DNA of 64,000 nucleotides from a virus. This document shows positions 27,135 to 37,700 of the stretch, in pieces. Position 1 is the first letter of the stretch. Every line of letters starts with the position of its first letter. Below the pieces are notes generated by a model, which saw nothing but the letters and a program-made list of their open reading frames with translations, was not told where the DNA came from and did no database searches. The position numbers and the translations under genes are program-made. The stretch covers positions 32,001-96,000 of the IMG/VR virus record IMGVR_UViG_3300019776_000919. One strand, 5' to 3'.

Positions 27135-27433
27135 GTACGGCCTTGATAATACTCTTGATTTTTTGCCACTGCAAAAGCATAGGCTTCTCTGTGGTATTCC
27201 CAGTATTGTTCACCTGAAAAACCGGATGGGGTTACTACGGTCCAGAGCCCATGACGTTTTACAAGTCTTGGTTTTTTTACAGGTGATGTTTCAAGAACTT
27301 TAATCCTGTTTTTAATTATTAGATCTATCAAATCCAAGTTTGAACAGGTGCATGTTTTCCCCCAAGGTTTTTGTCCTGGAAGTATTCCTGAAGCGGATTT
27401 CAACCCTCCGCATTTTGTACAAATCATAGTCAA
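27113..27433 (-). CDS. Hypothetical protein with Cys motifs
   Basis: CTKC...CTC possible zinc site. Confidence 0.5.
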   Translation of the reverse strand: MTMICTKCGGLKSASGILPGQKPWGKTCTCSNLDLIDLIIKNRIKVLETSPVKKPRLVKRHGLWTVVTPSGFSGEQYWEYHREAYAFAVAKNQEYYQGRTWKKQAI

Positions 27434-27699
27434 GGCTTATTATAAGAAGAGTAAGAGGAATACCAAACACAATTGTTTTGATTGTGTATATATTTACCGT
27501 CTTGGGTTAGTACATAAGGCTTAGGTTCATTTCGTGAATAAACCGCCCACCCTTTAATTGATATTCCTGGGCAAAAGATTTCCGCTTGAATTTTTGCCTC
27601 TGGTAATGGTACGTAAGTCTGAGTTTCACAACCTAACATACTACCGAATAACACGATCAGGAAGAAGAAAAACAGAGTAACTTTATTGATTCTTTTCAT
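27430..27699 (-). CDS. Putative lipoprotein
   Basis: Basic N-terminus, hydrophobic core, lipobox-like MLGC. Confidence 0.55.
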   Translation of the reverse strand: MKRINKVTLFFFFLIVLFGSMLGCETQTYVPLPEAKIQAEIFCPGISIKGWAVYSRNEPKPYVLTQDGKYIHNQNNCVWYSSYSSYNKP

Positions 27700-27858
27700 T
27701 TAGAAAATCCCGAAGTATTTCAGTAGAAACTCTACGGATAAGTATAGAGAGTAAACGGGTATAATTAAAGCTAAGGTTGTTAACCAAAAACCTTTAGCTA
27801 AAATGATACCCATTATGTGTAAGATTAGGATTATAAATCTGAACATACTGTTTATCGG

Positions 27859-28044
27859 CTACGGAAAAACAGACCAAAGTAGCTTTATTACTTGCCACAG
27901 GAAATATCCAATCATACCTGTGAACCCGAGTAAACCAAGAAGACCTATAGGTAAATAGATTGGATCTGGAACCTTAACTAAATTGCCATCTATTGCATTA
28001 ACTATTGCTGCCAATACTAATAAACAAAAGCAAATTGCAATCAC
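27859..28044 (-). CDS. Small two-TM membrane protein
   Basis: Hydrophobic 61-aa ORF. Confidence 0.45.
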   Translation of the reverse strand: MIAICFCLLVLAAIVNAIDGNLVKVPDPIYLPIGLLGLLGFTGMIGYFLWQVIKLLWSVFP

Positions 28045-28047
28045 GAG

Positions 28048-28593
28048 TTAGTCCTTTTTGCTTAGAAGATCTTGGAATTTTTTTTCGTAATACTTCATGT
28101 TCATCCCGTCCTCTCCGGAAGAGTCTTTAATAAGATCCTCCATTAATTCGACAGCCTCTTGGTTAAACGCTTTCAATTTAGCATGATCTTTTAAAACAAC
28201 TTCAAATAGATCAGCTGCTTTCTGAGCATCATACAGAGTTCGTTCTAATTTTGCTTTTAAAACCCCTGCTTCTGAACCTACCCCACGAAAACAATACTCT
28301 GCAAATCGAACCCCTTCTTCGAATGCAGAAGCTTCTTTTTCCGTAGGGTCTTGTATGCTACTTAGCAGCCCTACTCTAATTTCCCCTTCAGGTAGGGGTT
28401 TATTTTTAAACTTGTTCTGCTCGTCTAGAATTTCCACTACTTCAGAAGTAAGCCTATATTTGCAAGAAAAAGCATGAGTCTCAACTCTCGGAGTTTTTGT
28501 GTTGCAATTACAAGAACCTACTAATAGTTCAGTAAGTTTTTTACTTAGGTTTTCATTTGGAAATCCCGCCAGCTTCTTAATTTGGTCGTTCAT
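28048..28593 (-). CDS. Hypothetical protein
   Basis: CNCNTKTP-x-x-x-x-H-x-x-x-C motif, coiled-coil C-terminus. Confidence 0.55.
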   Translation of the reverse strand: MNDQIKKLAGFPNENLSKKLTELLVGSCNCNTKTPRVETHAFSCKYRLTSEVVEILDEQNKFKNKPLPEGEIRVGLLSSIQDPTEKEASAFEEGVRFAEYCFRGVGSEAGVLKAKLERTLYDAQKAADLFEVVLKDHAKLKAFNQEAVELMEDLIKDSSGEDGMNMKYYEKKFQDLLSKKD

Positions 28594-28596
28594 GAA

Positions 28597-28956
28597 TTAA
28601 CCTTTTTCCAATTTTGCCAATTTTGACTGAAGTTTCATAATTTGATGCTCCATGGCATTCACGAGATCTGGATAACTTTCTACTTTATAAAATTTACAAA
28701 GCTCCGGATCTGGTCTAGGAAGAACTAGACATGGCATTTTTTCTTCCGGTTTAAATTGTTTTGAGAATTGCAGTGAATTCAGAATATATACCAGGCCATT
28801 GTCTTTGACTACCCAGTGGTCAATAGCTCTATCTTTTATCTGCGCAACTGCGTCTTCCGCCCAAGTTGGTACTTCAAATAGACTTGTATTTTTATTTATT
28901 AAAATTGCGTCTACGATAGTTACATACTTAGCCAACTCAAACGCTCCATTCGTCAA
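28597..28956 (-). CDS. Hypothetical protein
   Basis: 119-aa ORF. Confidence 0.5.
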   Translation of the reverse strand: MTNGAFELAKYVTIVDAILINKNTSLFEVPTWAEDAVAQIKDRAIDHWVVKDNGLVYILNSLQFSKQFKPEEKMPCLVLPRPDPELCKFYKVESYPDLVNAMEHQIMKLQSKLAKLEKG

Positions 28957-29542
28957 AACTAAGCATCTTTAAAGGCCCTCCGCTAGAATCTACAACCCAT
29001 TTACCGACCTCCGAGTTATATTGCATGGGTAAGAAGGCTTTCTTTTCTTCATTCCAAAAACCGAAAAAGATTGGACCCCAATATGATTTAGGGACTTGAT
29101 TGAGATCTAGTCCCATAGTTTTTTTACGCAGCTTATAAATTCCTGAAATTGTCGGGGGCTTCGAATAAGGAGTCCAACCTTCTTTAGGCTGTATTTCTGG
29201 ATTTGCAGACGTATTATTAACTGGTTTACTGGAAGCTTCGCTACCCACCGGCAAACCTGAATACAGTGGCCACCCTTCTACTAAAGGTTCACCTGTCCAA
29301 GGGTTGTATTTCCAAGTAGGATCTAAGCCACTTACAGTCTTTTGCAAGATGGCCTTTCCCTCCGCAAAAGGAACAGTATTTTTCGTACACGATATACCAT
29401 CGAAGGATGAAATAGTTAATGTGCCGTTATGTGTTAACGGAGAGCTTAAATTGTTAGTCCCAGGTTTTGGAAATAATTCATTCAGAGTAATGTTTTTAGA
29501 TTCAAGCATTTTTAAACCTTTGTATTTTTTCGTAAACAACAT
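28937..29542 (-). CDS. Hypothetical protein
   Basis: 201-aa ORF containing W-x-YNPWTG. Confidence 0.5.
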   Translation of the reverse strand: MLFTKKYKGLKMLESKNITLNELFPKPGTNNLSSPLTHNGTLTISSFDGISCTKNTVPFAEGKAILQKTVSGLDPTWKYNPWTGEPLVEGWPLYSGLPVGSEASSKPVNNTSANPEIQPKEGWTPYSKPPTISGIYKLRKKTMGLDLNQVPKSYWGPIFFGFWNEEKKAFLPMQYNSEVGKWVVDSSGGPLKMLSFDEWSV

Positions 29543-29816
29543 CCGCTCTGTTATCTACTTCAACTAAGAGTTGATCCCTTATTTCTTCAGAAATAAATTT
29601 TGATTCATGCATAGTCATTATTCTGTGCTCGTCCCATTTTATAGCTTTAATTTCTCTTTTTATTGAACGAAATTCTAATTGAATTGATATCCAATAAAAC
29701 GTAGGTATACCTAATGCAATACTTGTAAATACAAGGCCAACAATAAAATAGTCTTTTAGCAAAAGGCCTGCCATTATAGAAAAGAAAAAGGAGGCGTATT
29801 TAAGTTCTTTTTTCAT
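29502..29816 (-). CDS. Membrane protein
   Basis: Two N-terminal TM segments; first gene after the promoter at 29865. Confidence 0.55.
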   Translation of the reverse strand: MKKELKYASFFFSIMAGLLLKDYFIVGLVFTSIALGIPTFYWISIQLEFRSIKREIKAIKWDEHRIMTMHESKFISEEIRDQLLVEVDNRADVVYEKIQRFKNA

Positions 29817-29900
29817 AAGCTTTTTGTATAAGTTAAAGAAGAAACGTGTTCGTCTCTTTCTTAACTTATACCATAAATATTACAAGGATTGATTTATTGA

Positions 29901-32127
29901 TTACAGCAACAAACTGCCACCAAAACTGGCTGCGGATTTGGTTTTAATCTTTTCAATTATTGCATAGATTTCTGTTTGAGTAACTCCGGAATGTACAACT
30001 TCCGTTTCACCCCAAGAGATGCCAACATCGCCTTCACAACCAATGGGTAATTGGAGCCAAGGAAATGCTTTCATCGGGTATTCATCCATGGTCCGATAAG
30101 TTAGGTTAATAACTTCTGCTGCTTTTTCTATGGGGCACTCAATTTCTATCGAATCGTAGCTTGATTCAAAAATATTTTCATATTTTTATGGACTATATCA
30201 TAATGTGTTTAATACCCAAGTACCAAACACATTCCGTGCGCTCTAGAGGTTTTACCACCCGGTCAGGGCTCCATACCTTAGTCTCTGAACCTTCCACCTA
30301 TTCCTAGGCGGCTTGGCTGCTGATTATCCAATCTTTCTCTTTTTCAAACTATCACGTTTACTATTACTAATTACGTTGTAGTAGAGAAAGCTCTCAGGGG
30401 TTTCCAGCAATTCACACGGTTTTCAGTTATTCCTCACGAAATAACGCCGCCTACGTTAACGGTACATGTACAAATAGCACCGAAAGGTTTAACTACTCTA
30501 TTTACTTCTGTAAAAGTAGCCAAGCCGATAGTACTAGTTGCGCTTTGAATGATTACGTTTTGACTGTTGCGCAAAGAACCGTTATAAGCGGCTGTAGGCT
30601 TGAAGCAATTATAAGTCCCGAACTGACGCTTGCGTTGGCCAAGCGGAGTAATACTGAACTGATTGTATAGTGCAAATTTATGAGCTTTTTCAATGTATTC
30701 CTTTACTTTAGGGAAAGTGTTAAAGTACATTGCAATGAGCGTTTCAGCTTCCGATTTTTCCAGGTTAAGCTGCATTGCAATGCCTGCGATTGAAGATCCG
30801 TATAAGCAGATACTCTATATGTTTCCATATAGTCTAGACTATACCATCATCCTTTTATCTGTGAATCGATAAAGGATGCTCGCCGTGTTATGGATAAATC
30901 CATCCTAGTATCATCTGTTCTAGATGACCTATGAGTCGTTGAACCATTTATAACCATCCCTGGTTATTCTGGCTGCTGATTGCCATACCTGATTTCAGGG
31001 TTAGGGTTCCAGCAATTGAGCGAGTTTGCATACTTATGTTACCACAAGTAGGTACCGTAATCAATACTAAAAGTCAAAGTCTTGCTCAGCTGGCGCAACT
31101 CTTTATATTCCCTATATTTAGGATGACTGCTGTCTGACAACACAGCAATAATCTCTTCATAAGGAATCTTTCTCATGGCACTTGCAGAGAATGAATGGAA
31201 GTCCAATCCCTCTGCAATAGCTTTCAGCATAGCTGGCTCTTTGGATATGTTTGCTAGAACCTTGACTTCAGCAGAGCTAAAGTCAAAGCTAATAAACACA
31301 TACCCCTCCCTTACAGTATAACAAGTTCTTACGTTGTATCCGTGCCTTGCTCTTGGGAGCTGGGTCAGGTTAGGATCTGAACCGGTTATACGGAATGAAG
31401 AGGTGCCAAATTGATTGTAACTGGGATGAATTCGTCCGTCTCTTTTTACCCAGTCTTTGACGTACGTTTTAATGAACGTATTATGAACCGAGGAAATATC
31501 ACGGCGAACAGCCATATCAGCTAGGAACTGAAGCTTTTCATCTTTAGTTACGTATTTACCACCTAAAGGATCTAATCCTGCAAGAGTCAATAAGGCAACT
31601 CCATCAGTAGCAGGTTCACCACCTTTCGTAGTAAACGGTACTTCAAACCCTAGTTCTTCATACAAAAAGCTAGCTACTGCAGGGCCAGAATTTAAATCAA
31701 TTTTCTTCCCAATTTGAGAGAATATCTTATCTTCTAATTGAGCTATTTGCTCAACCATCTTTCTATCAAGGAATTGATTGCGGGGGATGGAATAACCCAT
31801 ACCTGCAATTTCCAAGTCGATAAGAAATTCATGAGCTGGTATTTCTAATTCCAAAAAGCTTTGAATTATAGGCGGAGCTTTCGAGTCCACTCTATTGCCC
31901 CGATCATCAAAATCGATAATCGGAGTTTCCATTACTAAATCTGGAAAAGTCTTGGCTAAAAGTTCAGACGTAGCAATGCAATCTATGCCTGCATAAGTAT
32001 AGAGTTTTTCTTCATCGAAATCTTCATACGTAAGTTTTTCTGAGGCGCTTACTTCTGATTTCTCTTTAGACTCGCTGTTTTCAGAATCGTCAAATAGTTC
32101 GTCAATCCAAATCAGTTGTGAACTCAT
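29901..32127 (-). CDS. polA: Family A DNA polymerase, C-terminal subunit; spliced join(32127..31064, 30806..30459, 30159..29901)
   Basis: ExoIII YAGID; R-I-T-G-x-x-PNLTQLP; motif A FDFSSAEVKV; splicing restores motif B KTLTFSI|LYG and motif C TV|YDS in frame. Confidence 0.92.
30160..30458 (-). mobile_element. Group I intron 2 in polA (299 nt, no ORF), in motif C
   Basis: Exon ...ACCGU with IGS GCGG; core AAUUGCUGGAA, AAUCAGCAGCC, UUCAGAGACUA, GAUAUAGUCC; terminal G; junction GT|C restores Val-Tyr-Asp-Ser. Confidence 0.93.
30807..31063 (-). mobile_element. Group I intron 1 in polA (257 nt, no ORF), in motif B
   Basis: P1 GUAU|UG-AUUA-CGGUAC with U-G at the splice site; core AAUUGCUGGAA, AAUCAGCAGCC, UUCAACGACU, GGUAUAGUCU; terminal G; junction AT|C restores Ile-Leu-Tyr-Gly. 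Confidence 0.93.
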
Positions 32128-32360
32128 TCACTCACCTTCCATTTGTTTATTAAGTTTGTCAAAAATTCATTTTCCTTTTCTAGTTGTCTAATCCTGTCCT
32201 TCAATGAAGGATTCTCATACTCATATTTTTGATTTAAATGATGCAAAGTACGACACTCTTCCGCTAGAAAAATAAGGTCTTTATTTTTACTTAGTAGTGC
32301 GTCATTTACTTGCTTATATGGAAATATGTAGATTTGAGCATTATATTGCTGATATGGCAT
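32124..32360 (-). CDS. Hypothetical protein between the two polymerase genes
   Basis: 78 aa; ATGA-coupled to the C-terminal pol gene. Confidence 0.5.
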   Translation of the reverse strand: MPYQQYNAQIYIFPYKQVNDALLSKNKDLIFLAEECRTLHHLNQKYEYENPSLKDRIRQLEKENEFLTNLINKWKVSE

Positions 32361-32365
32361 ATTTT

Positions 32366-32656
32366 CTATGAAGCTTTAGTTAATGCTATTACCGATACCG
32401 CCTTTACATGGCCAGTAAAATTATTCTCAATACAATATCCCTCTGAAATCAATCTAGAAGAGTATTTACCTATTACAGTACAAGTACCCCAATGAATACT
32501 CTCAACTACTTGATCCCCAATTTGGAATTCATCATTGGGATTTTTTATTTCCGCAGATAAATTCAAGGGCTTGCAAAAGGGACAAGTATCTGGCTCCCAT
32601 CCAGAAGTCTCGCTGACACTATCACAGCAATCCCATTCTTTACGATATGTTCCCAT
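32366..32656 (-). CDS. Hypothetical protein between the two polymerase genes
   Basis: 96 aa; CC...CPFC and SH3-like FQIGDQV; AGGA RBS. Confidence 0.55.
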   Translation of the reverse strand: MGTYRKEWDCCDSVSETSGWEPDTCPFCKPLNLSAEIKNPNDEFQIGDQVVESIHWGTCTVIGKYSSRLISEGYCIENNFTGHVKAVSVIALTKAS

Positions 32657-32670
32657 TTGAAATTCCTTAT

Positions 32671-33963
32671 TTAATCGGCATATTCAGTGCCAACAGTTTC
32701 CAATTCAGCGTCAGCTTCTTTCGCTCTAAGCTTTGCTAGTTTCTTCAGATCACCTAGGCCATCTTCGTAACCAGCGTAACCTTCTTCGTACAGATAATCC
32801 CAGCAAGCTACCTTTAGGCCGTAACATCCTTGAGTACCAGATTCAATACTGTGCAATACTAGTAAAGTATCAAAAGTAACATTGACGACTCTAATGTTTT
32901 CTGCCCAATATAATACCAATATATCAAATTTTGCGTTGTGGCCTACTTTTGGTCGCTTACTTAAAAGAATCGGTTTAACTAAATCCCACGCTTCATCATG
33001 GTCATAAAATTTATTCTTACGATGCCGTAAAGGTATTACTCCAGCTACTACTTTACCCGTAACAGAGTCTCTCCATCCGAACTGAATAGTTAAGATTTTC
33101 AGATTTGGATCTAGCGGATCAAGAGAAGTTGTTTCTGTATCGAAAGATATTACTGCGTTTTCAGGAAGAGCTTCTATAGTATTTACTATAGATTTAACAT
33201 CTTCAATACTTCTTGCAATTTTGATTCTTTTGTTTAATGCAGTAAGAGCATTGAGATGAGTATCTGCGCCGAACTTCCAATCACCCCGGGCTATTTTTGC
33301 AGCTTTTTCAAAATCCCTCTGAATAACTTTCATATAGTCAGGCCCCCACATGCCGCCTTGACCACGGGCGTTTTGCCGAATATATGAAAGAATTCTGGGG
33401 TGTAGTGTAAGTACTACAGGACCGAAATCGGACATACATACTTCTCCCCGATTTCCAGAATTACTTTTATTTAACAGTCCTAAAGATTTTGTAGTAGCAG
33501 TTCCTAAAGATATAATTGCTTTAGGTTTTGTTCTCTTAATCTCTGCTAAAAGATACGGAGAACATTTCTGAAGAGTAGTTTGAGTAGGTGGTTTTCCTTG
33601 GGGGAAATCTGCATTACTGGCTTTACATTTAAGTAAGCTTACAACTCTGAAAGTAAGGCCTTCTAAACCAGATTGATTAGCTATGAAGTTTATGATACCG
33701 GCTTGGATATTGTCCTGTTGATCCGGTCTGCGATCATATTTACCAGGAGGGTTTTGATGATCTTGAATAATCAGAACATCCACTTCATGGTTTAAAAGAC
33801 TCACTACATTTGTAGTTTTACATTTTAGTTTACAGATTTTTTCACAATAAGTGTCATCTATTTTTGAGAAGTCAGTAAGTTTAATTATTGCAGCCTGAGT
33901 TGCTGCTGTTATTTTCGGCCTAGAGTAAAGTTCCTCTAGGCTAAGGTCTGTTAGTTTTGCCAT
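32671..33963 (-). CDS. Family A DNA polymerase, N-terminal subunit: UDG family-4-like domain + ExoI/ExoII of the 3'-5' exonuclease
   Basis: LLKC, KCSPYLLAEIKRTKPKAIISLG, TLHP (SPO1-type UDG-like domain); FDTETTSLD and GHNAKFD; start set at MAKLTD downstream of the promoter. Confidence 0.85.
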   Translation of the reverse strand: MAKLTDLSLEELYSRPKITAATQAAIIKLTDFSKIDDTYCEKICKLKCKTTNVVSLLNHEVDVLIIQDHQNPPGKYDRRPDQQDNIQAGIINFIANQSGLEGLTFRVVSLLKCKASNADFPQGKPPTQTTLQKCSPYLLAEIKRTKPKAIISLGTATTKSLGLLNKSNSGNRGEVCMSDFGPVVLTLHPRILSYIRQNARGQGGMWGPDYMKVIQRDFEKAAKIARGDWKFGADTHLNALTALNKRIKIARSIEDVKSIVNTIEALPENAVISFDTETTSLDPLDPNLKILTIQFGWRDSVTGKVVAGVIPLRHRKNKFYDHDEAWDLVKPILLSKRPKVGHNAKFDILVLYWAENIRVVNVTFDTLLVLHSIESGTQGCYGLKVACWDYLYEEGYAGYEDGLGDLKKLAKLRAKEADAELETVGTEYAD

Positions 33964-33996
33964 ATTATTGTTATACCACAAATACCTGTAAAACCT

Positions 33997-34030
33997 AAAA
34001 AAAAGAAAACCCCCAGTTACGGGGGCTTCT
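33997..34030 (-). terminator. Rho-independent terminator after HU
   Basis: CCCCC-AGTTAC-GGGGG stem with A-tract. Confidence 0.7.
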
Positions 34031-34050
34031 GAACAAGGAGATTTACTTTA

Positions 34051-34314
34051 TCAAATGCCGTCAGGGAAGGTGCGGAACTTCAAAACCTGTTTGGCGGGGA
34101 TTTGAATAGCCTCACCGGTCTTTGGATTATGCCCACGTCTAGGAGCACGGGTTACCAGCATCATTCTGCCGAGTCCGGGAAAAACAGCTTCTCCCTCTGC
34201 TTGAAGGTGCTTCTTTAGGGCCGCAGTAACGGCAACTAGAATTTGATCACCCTCAGCGTTTGACTTACCCAGTGACTCAGCAATAAGAGCTGCAAATTGT
34301 GAACGATTGCTCAT
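34051..34314 (-). CDS. HU/IHF-family DNA-binding protein
   Basis: FPGLG...RAPRRGHNPKTGEAIQIPAK-x-x-x-KF. Confidence 0.92.
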   Translation of the reverse strand: MSNRSQFAALIAESLGKSNAEGDQILVAVTAALKKHLQAEGEAVFPGLGRMMLVTRAPRRGHNPKTGEAIQIPAKQVLKFRTFPDGI

Positions 34315-34347
34315 GTGTATTTTCTTTCTTTTTAAGTTTTAATTGAT

Positions 34348-34638
34348 TTAGAGTTTTTTATTTGGACCCAAGAGTTTAATCTTAGGTTGAAATGTGCAAT
34401 TATACGGATTCAAAATTCCCTTGTCAAATCCGATACGTTCTGCCAAAAACTCATTATCAGCAGATACGATGCCTAGTAGGGGAGGTTTACCCCAGCTACC
34501 CTTCCAGTAATCTGGATAAAATGCGTAGCGGTTTTCACCTCTTCCAAAAAACTGCCTGTATTGAGCGGAAGCAAAAGCTGCTTGTTCTTTTTCGCTAACC
34601 GACTCAATTGCTATAGTACTAATTTCTGTGTTGCTCAC
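34348..34638 (-). CDS. Hypothetical protein
   Basis: 96-aa ORF. Confidence 0.55.
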   Translation of the reverse strand: MSNTEISTIAIESVSEKEQAAFASAQYRQFFGRGENRYAFYPDYWKGSWGKPPLLGIVSADNEFLAERIGFDKGILNPYNCTFQPKIKLLGPNKKL

Positions 34639-34719
34639 TTTGATTATTAAAGTTGTTGTGAAGATTCAGATTGTACACTACTTTTTTTATAACGCAAGTA
34701 TTTTTTCTAATTTTTCATA

Positions 34720-37700
34720 TTATTTATCATAACCCACTAAGCTCTGTACTTGGAAAGGTGCTTTGCTAAGGTCTAAAGTAAGAACAGTTCTCCTGTCTTG
34801 CAAAAGACCCATAGTCACCCGACGATCATCACTGACGAAATAAGGCTCTTCTCTAAAAGCTCTGAGAATAGCATGCTTAGAAAAACGCTGCCTTTCATCT
34901 CGAATGCTATCGTTTACCTCTTTAAATACCGCACTATACCAGATGTTGATAAGATTAGGGTCTTTTGCATCTCTGCTTATATGACCATCATCCAACACAC
35001 TATTAACTCTACCTTTTAACTGCTCCATATAGTCAATAAATCTGGCTAAGGTGTTGTCGTTTTTCTGAGCATTATGCTCACTAACACTGGTCTTAACTAA
35101 GTAACCAATAAAGTCATACTCCGGGAAATACTTGTCTGCTAATTGCTTAGCAAAATAAGCAGCCCCCGACCATACCTTACTAATTCTATTCGAACATCCG
35201 TGAGAGACTAGGACAGAGTCCAGCTTACGTATCTCAGCCATGACATCTCGGTGATCTGTCCGGCAAGAATCAATAATCCAATAGTAAGTGATATTGCTAA
35301 ATTTCTCGCTGAGATTTTCCATGTTGTCATAATTTTTCTGCAGCACCGGATCTTTAGTGTCATTGTTAGGTACTCGAATCATAATGCATCGTTCTTTAGT
35401 AGCAGGGTCTTCTGGGAGATCTTCCCCTGCTATCATCAACGTTGCATTGATTTTCTGATTTCGTATCTTTTTAGCATCATTTTTATCAGCAATAGTACGA
35501 CCCTCTCTATCGTACCACGACCGGATAGTCCCCAGGTGACGACTAGATTCTTCATCTGCTCTTAGCTCATCGAGAAATAGGGGTAACGAAGCATAGTACT
35601 CCGCTTTTCTCATGAAACCAATCCCGCTACGCAGTTGTTGCACCGATGTGCTAGCCATCTTATCTCGGAAACCAAAGAAGTTTTGAAGCCATCTGGCCAA
35701 AGTAGACTTACCTTTACCAGCAATACCCCAAAACATCAATGATCCCATGCCCCCATTAAACTTAAAAATGCTATTAGAGTATACGTTCGATTGTATCCAA
35801 CCCACAGCCATTAAAGCAGCGCCAGGATCTTTTAAGATCATAGCCATACCCTTAACAGCTTCTCCTAACAAGTTTTCAGTTTCTTCTCTAGATAAGCCAA
35901 CCTGCAATGAAGGTATACCATCATACCCTTCGGTTGAAGAGATACTTTCCGGTTTAATACCCATTGCTCCACTGGGCCAAAATACGCCGTTAGCGTCAGG
36001 CTCTACACAAACCCCGCTATCTGTAATCAGTAAGTTCTTAAAGATCCAGCATTTTTGCGGTTCGTATCTACCTACTTGGCTTGCAATCTTGATCGTAGAA
36101 CCTGTAAATTTGTTATATACAAGTCTCCATACCCCATCAAGATCTTGCTCTCTACCAGACCATTCACAATCTCCATATCTAGCCACCATAATCTTAAAAA
36201 GCTTAACGGTAACCTTAGTTTCAGAATTAACTAGAAACGGCTCACTCTGAAAACCGTCTTCTCGAATGAGTACCACTTCTCTCCATTGCTCCCGGTCATC
36301 ATCTAGATAGATGTTCAGTAATTTCATCGTGAAATCACTGATTCGAGTTTCAATGGTACGATCTTTTACTTCTCGTACTTTGGCGTAATGGGTTCTACGT
36401 TGAATGATATATCCATCATCCTTCATAACCCCCTCTTCTACAAAAGATTCTTCTTCTGCAGCAGATCCAAACTCCGTAGGCAACCTATGGGCCTGGGCTT
36501 GTTGAACAGTAGGTAATGCAGGACCTGTAACATGCATTCCTTCACTAATCATTCCTCCTGGACCAACTTGAAACGTATCTCCTACCGAGAGTCCGTTTTC
36601 TACTATGGTCCCATTTGGGATTAGATCGGGCTTTGGGACGATTTCTGACCACAGGACATCCTCTGCCTTGGTCGACAGTTTTTTTTCCTCTAAAACGACG
36701 TTTACGACGTTGGCCTTGATCAGGTCAGCAATAACTGCACCGGCTCTTACATGCTCGTCAATATCCTTGTCTTCAGGGGGTCGTACATGGACCAATCCCT
36801 TGAAGTTCTTCTTTACAGCTTCAAGTTTCTTTCTATACCCATCCCCGGCATCGTCCGGATCAAATATAGTAAGAATCTTTTTGTCTTTACAATGATTCTT
36901 TAACCATTCGATCTGGTCTGCAGAAATCTGACCTATGATTGCCGCCACTGAAGTTAATCCGGCCCGCAACAAAGACAATCTATCGTTCTCGCCTTCTACC
37001 AGGATAATAGTAGAGTCCGAGCTTAAAGCATCTTGACCATAAAACAAATACCCATTCAAACTGTATTTCTTGGGTAGTTGGTATTGGAGGCGTTTTAAAG
37101 GATCTTTGAAAGTAAAGTGACTGACTCTACCCTTTATGAAATGAGGGTAGATAAAGCAATTAGCAGGCAGGAAATCTTTTCCTGTCTTGAGATTTTTAAG
37201 ACCGCTTTTCTCAACGATTTCCTGATCTATACCAACCGATTCAAGATATTCCAACAGGCCGCCATCGGAGAAACCAATCTTGTTAGTACTCAAAATATCC
37301 TGAGTATGGCCTCTAATTTCGGTTTGATATCTAATTGGAGTAAGTCCGTTTAGAACCGGATAGGGCTTATCGCAAGTTTCAATCAGGCACTGGTGGTAAT
37401 AATCTGCTGCAAGATTAAATACTTGTTGAATTGGATTATACGAACTGGGTAATCTAATACCGTAGTCATTAGCCAACTCCTTGACAGCTTCACCTACAGA
37501 AATACCTTTCCGCTTTGCCCGCCAAGTTATTACGTCGCCTTTCTGTCCGCAAGAAAAGCACTTGTAAAAAGAGTTTTCTGGGGAAGTTTCCTCGTGTTTA
37601 AGAGAGAAGCAATCGTGGTGAGAGCAAAACGGGCAAGCCTCTAATTCTTTATCTTCTATTTTCCAATTCTTTTCCCCGGATTGTTTGAAAGTTACTCCGA

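Noticed and set aside
29901-32127. Polymerase pseudogene or alternative genetic code
   Set aside because: Intron removal restores one continuous frame, and other genes are intact under the standard code.
32127-32671. Split intein or third intron joining the two polymerase genes
   Set aside because: No intein N-terminal Cys block or HN-C/S/T end, no group I core; the gap is filled by two ordinary ORFs.
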